From positions 235,583 through 299,582 of IMG/VR virus record IMGVR_UViG_3300027710_000010: a stretch of 64,000 bases of DNA. One strand, 5' to 3'. A program made the position numbers and the translations under genes. Each line of letters opens with the position of its first letter. The stretch's first letter is position 1. Shown in pieces: positions 8,800-19,100 of this stretch. The notes beneath the pieces are model-generated. The model saw nothing but the letters and a program-made list of their open reading frames with translations, was not told the DNA's origin and made no database searches. The DNA comes from a virus (Duplodnaviria > Heunggongvirae > Uroviricota > Caudoviricetes).

Positions 8800-11700
8800 T
8801 TACTCTCCCTTCAACTTACGAATTTCTTCCTTGAGAGGATCAATCTCTGCTTTTAATGTTTTGATAGCTTCAACCAAGTATGCTGTTAATTTGCTGTAGT
8901 AAATACCTTCAGCAGTGCCATCTTCTCGATGACTTACTAGATTTGGTAATACTCTATCTACTGCTTCAGCAATCAAACCAGCTTCATTATTTTTGCTACC
9001 ATCTCGACGATCATATGTAACGCCTACTAAACTCATAATTGACTCTAAAGCATTTGTAATTGGATTAATATTTTCTTTAAGTACAATGCTTGAACTTTCA
9101 ACAAATCCGCCACTAGTTGTTAGTACTCCGGTACTTGGCACAAAGCTAAGACCAGCACTTGAAACATATGCAGTTGTTAAACTACCAGTTGTACTGGCTG
9201 CAAGTGTTGGGTAGAATGTTGAACTACTTGATGACGCAGTTATAGTTGCACCTGCTGCCGCCCAACTCAATGTGCCGCTGCCGTTAGTTACCAGTGCATA
9301 TCCTGTTGTGCCATCAGTGCTTGGTAATGTATATGTTACACTACCCGCGGCTGCTGGCACTGTAAATGTTACTGCGCCGCTTGAACTTCCTTGAATTGCA
9401 AATGTGCCTTTAATTGCCAAAGCGCCACTACTTGGATTGAAACTTAACTTAGTGCTACTTACACTTGCTGTAGTTACTGTTCCGCTTGTAGCGGTTGTGA
9501 ACAATGGATAGAAAGTACTATTTGTTGTGCTGTCACTTACTGTAACGGCTGCATCAGCCCATTGCATTCCGCCCGAGGTTGTTTGTAAAAATTTACCGTT
9601 AGTACCAGCAGATCCGTTAATTGTAATCTTGCTGGTTGTTGCTACATCAATATTACCAGTTGTAGTTAGCGCACCAATTTTTAAATCGCTGTATGTAGCT
9701 GATGTAAAATCAACTGTAGTAGTTGGTTCAGGAATTACTCCTTTAAATAGCTTCCATACACCGTCATTTGCATCTCGTACAAAGCCAGTGTGTTGGTATC
9801 CGCCGTTGGTAAAGGAACTAATAAAACCAATATCAACTGTATCAGCTGGGTTGTCATCACCCATGTAAATTAACGAATCTGCAACATTATAATTTGTTGT
9901 GTTAATTGTAGTTTGTGTGCCGTTAACAGTTAAGTTACCATCAATAATTATGTTGTTACCGACTGTTAGATCATGGGTAATACGTAGATCATTTTCAACA
10001 GTTAAGTCACTATTAATCGTTACAGCTGGCGTAAATGTAATTCCAGAACTGTCAGTGCTGTCAATTGTTGTACCGTTAATATTAATAGCGTCAATCACAA
10101 CACTACCAGTACCGCTTGGTGTGATAATGATATCTTCGTTGCTGTTTTTTCCGATAATGTTATTTTGGAAATAACGAATATTGCCGGTATCTACTTCACT
10201 AATATTAATAGTTGCTGGAGCCGCACCACCGCCTGTAACACTTAATGCCCCCAAGTCATCAGTAATGGTCAATGAACCAATTGTAACTGATCCAGGGCCT
10301 ACGTATACGTGATTCCATCGTTTTTCTGGAGTACCCAGTGTTTGTACGTTATCATCAACTGGTACTATGTCAGTTGCTACTACTTCAAAGTAGTTTCTAA
10401 CGGCTTGTTCTGTTGGCACAGCTTCGTTGCTGTTGCCACTTAGTGTGTAATCGCTTGAAAATTCGTTAACTAGTTCGCCTAACTGAGCACCAATTGATCC
10501 TAATCGTAAACTTGTAAGACCTGACAAGTCGAACGCTGACGCATTAAGTGTTGCTCGTCCAGTTGCTTGATCAACTCTAAAATAATCACCAACACGGAAA
10601 TTACCGTCTTGGTCAGTACTTACGTAGAACACACGACCAGGGAATGATTCAATTACTTCATTTGCTTGACTTGACGGTTGTAAAGGAGCTCCTGGATAAT
10701 TAGTACTAATACGGTCGCCAGTACCAATACTTAAGAAATCATGACCAGTTAATCTACTTTGACTGTAATTGTATCTAACTGTTACTGCGGCGTTGTTTGC
10801 ACTTGGTGTTGCTTTTTCGTTAGCAAGAACCAGTGTCATAATACTAGTTGAGTTTACATATGTTCCACTAACGCTTTGAATAATATAACTGGTTGAATCG
10901 CCTGCAATTTGTAAACTTGCACCAGGTTTTGGTTCTGCACTAAACCCATCTATAACAAGTACAAATCCGTGTTGTCCTTCAACTCCGCCTGTAGCAATGT
11001 CTGCGCTAACGCCTGCACCATTACTGATAGTATCCGTATCTAAGAAAGTGCCACTAGTGATACTGTAGTAAATTTTACCAACAGCAGTTTGTACGTTAGT
11101 AATTTGTCCAATTGCTCCACTTACTGATCCAGTAATAGTGTTACCCACAGTAAATTCGCCACCAGTTAATGATAATTCATCATAGGTAATTTGTTCGCCA
11201 TACAATGCACCAGTTAGCGGAGTTTCCGCCGCGTCAAATCCACGACTTATTACACCATATGTACCGTATGAGTTGTTGCCTGATAAAGAACGAATCTTTC
11301 CACCACCTGTTGTGGTATAACCAAACCAACAGTAATATGTAAAACACGAAACAATTTCAGCTTTACCTTGTCCGTTAACCCAATATCCCACACCGTCACT
11401 ACAAACAACAGTATAAGCATGGAATACCATAGACTTATAACCGCTAGCATGTTCGTCGCCATCAACAACTGCACCAATGGCGTTGTCCCCAAACGCCGCA
11501 CATTCTAAAATGTAGGGTGACTTATTTAAAATTGGACTGTCAGGATCAAATGCAACATAAACACCTTTGATTGTTGCACTGGTAATGTCTTCTGGTGCTG
11601 AAAGATTTGCTTGGAATCCTGTCATACCACCAAAATACATTTTGTGTAGCATCGACCCGTCGCCTACCATCCACATAGTACCTTCGCTATAATCACTAGC

Positions 11701-12477
11701 TAAGGTCACTGACTCGCCATTTACTATTTGACTACTGAAGCCAACAGTTAGTGTTGTGTACCCAGCAATTGGAGTATCAATGGCAATAGCAGTAATAGTT
11801 ACAGTACCACTAATGCTTGTACCAGTCACAGTTGCACCAACTTGCCAATCATGGCCAGTTGTGTTTGCATCTTCAATTACGATTGTTGTTGAAGTCGTAG
11901 CTCCAAGGGTTGCAGTTACATCACTGCCTGTTGCACTGATATCTATAGGACGAACTTGAGTAGTTCTTTGACCATCACCATAAACTGAAACGCCAGCAGG
12001 AACTTTAATAGGCAGTTGTTCGTAATATGTACCTGTCTTTACAAAAATAACAGCAGGACCAACCACTGTATCACAGGCATGTTTAATAGTAGCAAATGCA
12101 AGATTTAAGTTAGTTCCGTCATTGGCATCATCGCCATCTTGACTCACGTAGTATACATTTTCAGCAGTGACTAAATTTTCCCAACTTGGAATGCCGTCTC
12201 TGACAAATAAGATCTGTCCGTCGTCTCCAATCGGTAAACGTGCATCTTCGCTTGCGCCACGATAGATAATGTCGCCTTCTGTAGTCGTAGGACTGCCGCC
12301 TTCCAACATTAGTTCAAATTTGGCGCTGTTTGCGTTCCATGTTGAACTAGTGTGTGCATCAATACACACGTATGATGATGAGCCGTATCTTACAACATCG
12401 TCTTTAACGTATGCTGTAGTAGTGGTCCACTCACCTTTCCATACGAATTTTAGTCTACCTAATTTAAAATCTGCCAT
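8800..12477 (-). CDS. Tail spike/fibre with C-terminal intramolecular chaperone (peptidase S74-like)
   Basis: N-terminal 'W....AY.KDDVV.YG.SSYVC...HTS' module, 'YYVS.DG.D.NDG...AF.TI' beta-helix entry, C-terminal 'S...LKENI...GLIAE.V..VLPNLV...Y.KL.AYLVEAIK.L' coiled coil. Confidence 0.8.
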   Translation of the reverse strand: MADFKLGRLKFVWKGEWTTTTAYVKDDVVRYGSSSYVCIDAHTSSTWNANSAKFELMLEGGSPTTTEGDIIYRGASEDARLPIGDDGQILFVRDGIPSWENLVTAENVYYVSQDGDDANDGTNLNLAFATIKHACDTVVGPAVIFVKTGTYYEQLPIKVPAGVSVYGDGQRTTQVRPIDISATGSDVTATLGATTSTTIVIEDANTTGHDWQVGATVTGTSISGTVTITAIAIDTPIAGYTTLTVGFSSQIVNGESVTLASDYSEGTMWMVGDGSMLHKMYFGGMTGFQANLSAPEDITSATIKGVYVAFDPDSPILNKSPYILECAAFGDNAIGAVVDGDEHASGYKSMVFHAYTVVCSDGVGYWVNGQGKAEIVSCFTYYCWFGYTTTGGGKIRSLSGNNSYGTYGVISRGFDAAETPLTGALYGEQITYDELSLTGGEFTVGNTITGSVSGAIGQITNVQTAVGKIYYSITSGTFLDTDTISNGAGVSADIATGGVEGQHGFVLVIDGFSAEPKPGASLQIAGDSTSYIIQSVSGTYVNSTSIMTLVLANEKATPSANNAAVTVRYNYSQSRLTGHDFLSIGTGDRISTNYPGAPLQPSSQANEVIESFPGRVFYVSTDQDGNFRVGDYFRVDQATGRATLNASAFDLSGLTSLRLGSIGAQLGELVNEFSSDYTLSGNSNEAVPTEQAVRNYFEVVATDIVPVDDNVQTLGTPEKRWNHVYVGPGSVTIGSLTITDDLGALSVTGGGAAPATINISEVDTGNIRYFQNNIIGKNSNEDIIITPSGTGSVVIDAININGTTIDSTDSSGITFTPAVTINSDLTVENDLRITHDLTVGNNIIIDGNLTVNGTQTTINTTNYNVADSLIYMGDDNPADTVDIGFISSFTNGGYQHTGFVRDANDGVWKLFKGVIPEPTTTVDFTSATYSDLKIGALTTTGNIDVATTSKITINGSAGTNGKFLQTTSGGMQWADAAVTVSDSTTNSTFYPLFTTATSGTVTTASVSSTKLSFNPSSGALAIKGTFAIQGSSSGAVTFTVPAAAGSVTYTLPSTDGTTGYALVTNGSGTLSWAAAGATITASSSSSTFYPTLAASTTGSLTTAYVSSAGLSFVPSTGVLTTSGGFVESSSIVLKENINPITNALESIMSLVGVTYDRRDGSKNNEAGLIAEAVDRVLPNLVSHREDGTAEGIYYSKLTAYLVEAIKTLKAEIDPLKEEIRKLKGE

Positions 12478-12496
12478 TTTTTGGTCCTTGTTTCAA

Positions 12497-12504
12497 TATT
12501 TATA
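12497..12504 (-). promoter_or_regulatory. T4-type late promoter TATAAATA
   Basis: Exact consensus upstream of ATG 12477. Confidence 0.7.
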
Positions 12505-12856
12505 CTGTTGCTGGATAGCTGTATGTGCCATTGATTCTAACAATCATTTCGCCATCTTCGTTAATAAAATATAATAAATCATCTGGTCTTACTTTGTATT
12601 GACTGTAACCCATTGATTTGTTTATAATGTTATGATTTGCATCCATGTTTACTACTAGCGTGTCGTTATCAAACCCGCCAAAATCGCTTTGTGCTTCTTC
12701 ATCTGCTCTTGCTTCTGGATCATCAATGACAATGGTTTCGTCATCTAGTGCCAAATTTACTTTAGTAAATGTTAAGTATCCTTCTGCATCTCTCGACAAT
12801 CTATAGAAATACTTGATAGCACTTGCATCAATTGTTGAACCTATATAGTTACTCAT
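12500..12856 (-). CDS. Small virion adapter-like protein
   Basis: 118-aa ORF in the fibre operon; paralog of 504..812. Confidence 0.7.
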   Translation of the reverse strand: MSNYIGSTIDASAIKYFYRLSRDAEGYLTFTKVNLALDDETIVIDDPEARADEEAQSDFGGFDNDTLVVNMDANHNIINKSMGYSQYKVRPDDLLYFINEDGEMIVRINGTYSYPATV

Positions 12857-13185
12857 GTTATGATCTCCAGTGCGCTAAGAATTACATCTGCGCTGTTTGC
12901 TGTATTGGAAACTACAACAAGGCTGTTGTTAGGTTCCATTACTAATTTTTGGTCTCCGCCCATTGCTGCCAGCGCGGTATTTTTAGCAATAGCAACATCT
13001 TTTACAATATAGCCTTGTGTTGAATTTTCATCAGTAAATTTAATAGATACTAAAATAGTACCTGCTGTAGTATTTGCTATGTTGATACCAATAACGGTTG
13101 CTCTAGTTGTAGGACCAGTAGTATAAACATCTACTGGAGTTGTTCCTACTCCCGTTGTCATTGTCTTTTTAAATTGATTTGCCAT
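12853..13185 (-). CDS. Small beta-rich virion structural protein
   Basis: 'MAN.FK.....VGT....VYT.....TVIG..IAN...S.LEI' pattern; resembles 20627..20947. Confidence 0.7.
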   Translation of the reverse strand: MANQFKKTMTTGVGTTPVDVYTTGPTTRATVIGINIANTTAGTILVSIKFTDENSTQGYIVKDVAIAKNTALAAMGGDQKLVMEPNNSLVVVSNTANSADVILSALEIIT

Positions 13186-13188
13186 GTT

Positions 13189-16100
13189 TTATCCTAATGC
13201 AATCGCAAATGCTATTGCGTCGTCTGTTGCTGTATTACTTACCAAAGTAATTTGTTGGTCTACATAAGTTTTTGTTGGTAAATCTGGAGCAATAATTGTT
13301 GGGAAAATAACAATGTTAACTCTGTCATCCAGTGACGGAGTTTCATCAACAAACGTTACCTCAGTGCCATTTATGCTGTAAACTTCTGTATCTTGATATA
13401 CACTGTTTACAAACACCATTATACATTCTTCGTTAGGTATTTGGAACTGCGTATCAAATGTATCACTCACACCGTCAGCAGTAAAGTTAACAGTGTGTAC
13501 TGATGTAACTGCCGGCATACTTAAGAATCTAACATCAATTCTATCAGATTGTTCTGGAGCAACTACTGTACTTGTGTCATCGATGAATCTTAAAATGCTG
13601 CCATCAACTGTATAAGCAATATTAGGCTCTTGAACAACACCATTAATCGCAACCATAATTGCGGCTGCACTTAATGGTACTTGTGATAATGTAAATTCAA
13701 AGTCTGTACCGTTGGCAAGGAAGCCTTGGTATGTTGGAGCTGTTCCTGAGCCAAAGCCCATTGAACGCCAAGATCCTTCTGCATATCCTTCAAACGCTAA
13801 GTCAGTTGTGTTAAATCGTACAGTGCCTTCTTGCGGAGTTACTGGACGTTCTGCTGTTGTACCTGTTGGGATGGCTGCTTCTGCACCAGTGTTAAACTTA
13901 ATAACACCGTCAACATAAGCAACTGCGCCGCTATCTATAGTTCTTACAATTTTACTTGCATCAGTAAATGTAACTTTATTAATGCTTTCGCTATTAAGTT
14001 TTATACTAGCAACATGTAAGTCTTGATAATTTGTAATTGCAACATTACCACGAACTGTACCTTGCTCAATTGTAGATACAAGTGCAAATGCATCTGCACT
14101 TTCGTCCCATATAAATGCCTTATTGATGTCGCTACCGCGCTCAATAATTAAACCGCTGTCGTAAGTATTAGCACCATATTGCGAACTATTTAAAGTCAAT
14201 AACGGATCTGTAGCAAACACGTTACCAGTATCACCTGGACTACCTGAACCGTCAAGTATAACTCGTCCAGAGCCGCTAGCACGAATAATAAGATCTTCAT
14301 CACTGACGGTGTTTTCAATAACATTTCCGCTAATGCGTACTTTGCCACTTACTAATAACTCGTCAATCTCTGTGTAATTTAATGTAGTATTGCCGGTAAC
14401 ATCTAATGTACCAGTAATTTCTTCGTTACCAGTAACTGTTAATAGTGTACCGTTGAATGTTAAGTTAGCTGAATCTTCTAATTCACCATTAACACCTGCT
14501 AGTACAACTCGACCAGCAGTTAAATCTTCAACATTGGCGCTGGCAAGTGTAGCTTGTCCGCTAGTGTCTAATGTGTTTAGGTAAGTTGCTGTGTTAACAG
14601 TTAAGTTGTTTTCAATTTCTACGTTGTTAGTAGGAACATATACTCTGCCAGTAGCATGAGCACGTAATTCTAAATCACTATTTGAAACTGTTGTTTCAAT
14701 ATAATTATTTTGTAAACGTACATTGTTGTCAACTGTTAATCCGTTGTTGCTAATAGTAACACGTTCAACAGAATCTAATGTGCTACCTGGAGTTTCTCCG
14801 GCAACACCTGTGAAGAATCTAATGATATCTTCGTTATTGCCCGCTGTTTCAAATGTAATTAATGTGTCGCCGTTAGCGTCTGCACTTGACCCGCCACTAA
14901 TACCTGTGAATACAACACCGTTCCAAGCTTCAATATTATTTGTTTGACTATTGTAACGAATGAAACCAGCTTCACCAGTTGCAGGGCGCTCAAATGTATT
15001 ACCTGCAGGAATTCTGACAGCGCCAGTACCACTAATATATACAATGCCACTGCCGCTTGGATCTAATACTAAGTCTGCATTTGATTCAGTTGTGCTGATA
15101 ACATTGGTATCAATTCTAATACTATCAATGTTAGCTTCACCTGAATTTAATGTTGTTATATTGCCTATAGGAACAGTTATACTTGTGCCAACTATAACTG
15201 TTCCAGTTACAGTTTCGTTGCCGGTTACAGTTAATGTTGTGCCGTTGTAGGTAAAGTTTGCACTGTCAGCTAATGTTTGGTCTGCGCCGGCAAAAGTAAC
15301 ACGACCAGTAGTTAGTTGTTCAACTTTTACATTACTCTTAAAGTTTGCATAACTATTAACAATTAATTGATTTGTACTTAGTTGACCAAAACTGTTGTAT
15401 GTTAAGTCAGCGTTGTCAACTAAACGCCCATTTACACCAGCAAGTACAAGACGAGTCGCTGTTAAATCACTTACTTCTGCTTGTGCTAGTGTGCTTAGGC
15501 CAGTTGCTTCAAATGTTCCAGTAACTTTACTGTTGGCTAGTAGTTCAATTGTCCCAGTACCGACAGTATCTAATTCTAAATTGCTGTTGCTTGCAGTAGT
15601 TTCAATTCTATTGCCAGCAATACGAATATCATCTGTAATTATTGGACCACCAACAATATCACCAGTAACAATTAAATTTTGTGTTACTGTCAAGTTGCCT
15701 TGCTGTGTAGTATCTCCAGTAACTGTTAAGTTACCTGTTATATCAACAGTGTCGTTAAATGTGCTTGGAGCATTAACTGTTAGTGTGTCATTAATTGTAA
15801 CAACATCTAAAATAGTATTGCCGTTTACTGTTAATGCCTGACTAAATGTTACATCATTTTGCGGTACTAGTATTGTTCCAGTACCATTTGCTCGTAATTC
15901 TAAATCTGCATTTGATACTTTTGTTGTGATAACATTATCGTTAATGTTGATAACATTGTTATCAAACTCGGCAGCATTTACAATGCGCCATTGTTTATCA
16001 CTTGCACCTAAATCATATAAGTTACTTGCGTTTGGAATTAAATCGCTGGTAAAATCCGCTTGTACTGTAACAGTATCAAGAGTTGTATCACCAATACGAA

Positions 16101-19100
16101 TGTTTCCGCCCAATGTGATATCGCCGGTAACATCTAAGTTACCAACAATGTTTGTATTGGATGTTAAGTTAATAGTGCCAGTACCAGCGGCATCTAAGTA
16201 TAAATTTGTATTAGAATCAATTGTGCGAATAACAGAATAATCACCGTCGCCGTCAATTAAAATGTTATTAAAGTTTACAGTTTCACCACTAAATGACAAT
16301 GAACCACTACTGCCTAACGTTAGTAAGTTACTGATAATAACACTACCAGTTCCGTTAGCATTTAAATATAGGTCACTGTTTAGTAAAGTTGTTTCAATTG
16401 TTGAACCTGATACAGAAACATCACCAATAAGTGCATTGTTAGTGTTTAGTTGATTCCAACGTTTGCCTGCAATACCTAAATCGTAAAGGTCGGTAGTATC
16501 AGGTACAAGATTACTGATAAATTCAGCTTTGACTTCAACAGTATCTGCATCAGTAGTGCCAAGTGTTGTGTTTCCAGTTACATCAAACGTGCCTGATACT
16601 CTTGAATTTGTTAATAATTCAATTGAGCCAGTACCAACAGTATCTAATTCTAAATTGCTGTTGCTTGCTGTGGTCTTAATTGTATTGCCATCAATACGGA
16701 TATCGTCTGTAATTAATGGTCCACCGACAATGTCTCCGGTAACAATTAAGTTTCCGCTTACAGAAACATTACCTGTATTTGTTGTATCACCGTTTACAAC
16801 TACTGCACCTGTAACAGTCAGCGTACTATTAACATCTACGGTGTTATTAAATGTACTTGAAGCATTAACAGTCAATGCGTCATTGACTACTGTAGTGTTT
16901 AGAGTAGTTGTGCCTGTTACATCTAAGTTTTGTGAGAATGTAACATCGTTTGATGGTACAATAATATTGCCAGTGCCGTTAGCACGTAGTTCTAAATCAG
17001 CATTAGATACAGTTGTCTTAATTGTGTTATCATTGATATTGATAACGTTATTGTCAAACTCACTAGCATAAAGTGTACGCCATGCTTTGTTAGCACGACC
17101 AATATCATATGTATTACTTTCGTTAGGGAACAAGTCGCTGGTAAAATCAGCAACGACTGTTACCGTATCAACGTCTTGATTACCAATTCGTATGTTACCG
17201 CCTAACGTAATATCACCGTCAACATCTAAGTCGCCAGTAATATGTTGATCGCCAGTAACAGTTAGGGTAGTACCATCAAATGTTAAGTTAGCTGAATCTT
17301 CTAATTCACCAGCAGTACCAGCTAATACAACACGTCCACTGGTTAAATCTTCAATGTTAGCACTTGCGAGTGTAGCTTGAACGCTTACATCCAAGTTGCC
17401 AACGATATCTTGATCGCCAGTAATTGTTAATGTAGTACCGTCAAATGTTAAGTTTGTCGAGTCTTCTAATGCACCATTGGTGCCAGCTAATACAACACGC
17501 CCACTTGTTAAGTTAGAGTTTAATAAACTATCAACTTCTAAAGTTCCAAGTTTTAAAGTAGCATAGGTTGCTTGAGCAAAGTTTATTGTTAAACTAGGCT
17601 CGTCTATAACACCTTCAAATAGTTTCCATTTGCCGTCAGTTGCGTCACGTACAAAACCAGAGTGTTGGTATGTACCGTCATCAAAACTTGCTACAAAGCC
17701 AAGATCAATAACGTCTGATTGATTGTCTTCACCAATATAAATTAACCCGTCGTTGACACTGAACGAGTCAGAATTAATTATTGTTTCTGTACCTAATACT
17801 GTTAGATTGCCTTCAACTAGAATATTCTCAGTTGTTATTTGGTTTCTAACGTATAGATTGTTTTCAACACTGGCGTCACTGCTAAATGTAACCAGCGGTG
17901 TAAATGTAATTCCAGAACTATCAGCAGAATCTACTGTCGTTCCTGTAATTGTTATACCGTTTATAGTGCTAGTTGTTCCGCCTGTTACTGAAATGTTTCC
18001 AGTAACTGTTAATGTAGTACCGTCAAATGTTAAGTTAGATGAATCTTCTAATTCACCACTTGTACCGGCTAATACAATACGTCCGCTAGTTAAGTCTTCA
18101 ACGTTGGCACTTGCCAATGTAGCTTGACTACTTACATCAAATGTTCCTGTAACGTTTGTATTTGCCAATAACTCGACAGTGCCAGTGCCAACAGTATTAA
18201 TTTCAAAGTTACTGTTGCTTGCTGTTGTTTCAATACGATTGCCAACAATTTGAATGTCATCTGTACGTAATGGTCCGCCAACAATGTCGCCGGTAACTGT
18301 TAGTGTTCCAGCAATGTTAACATTGTTATTTGCTGTTACCACACCAGTTAATAAACTGGTTCCGTTTACAACTACGTTGCCTAATGTTGCTGTACCTGTA
18401 ACAGTTTCATCACCAGTAACTGTTAATGTTGATCCATCAAATGTTAAGTTAGTTGAGTCTTCTAATTCGCCACTAACACCTGCTAGTACTACTCGACCAC
18501 TTGTTAAATCTTCAACATTGGCACTTGCCAATGTTGCTTGACTGCTGACATCAAACGTGCCTGTGATGTTTGTATTTGCTAATAACTCAATGCTGCCAGT
18601 ACCAACAGTATTAATTTCAAAATTGCTGTTGCTTACAGTTGTTTCAATACGATTGCCGACAATTTGAATGTCGTCAGTGCGTAGTGGTCCACCAACAATG
18701 TCACCAGTTACTGTTAATGTTCCGCCAATAGTTAAATTGTTACTAGCAGTTACTGGTCCAGTTAGCGTTGTTGTGCCATTAACTTGTAGATTGCCTAAAG
18801 TTGCTGATCCACTTACACCTAATGTGCCGCCCACATTTAAGTTTTCAGCAATACCTGCGCCGCCAGCGACAGTTAATGCTCCAGTTGTAGACGAAGTAGA
18901 AGTTGTTGTATATTTGACCGCTACATTAGTAGTAGTAAATAATGCTCCCTGAGTTGTCCAATTAAGTCCACCTGGTGCTATTTGAAGTTGATTATTTTCA
19001 CTGTATATGGTGTTGTTTGCGGCACCGCCTTGTATCCATACACGATTACCTGTGGTACCAAAAGAAGCAACTGATCCGCTTGCGCCTGTTGCAAATGTAA

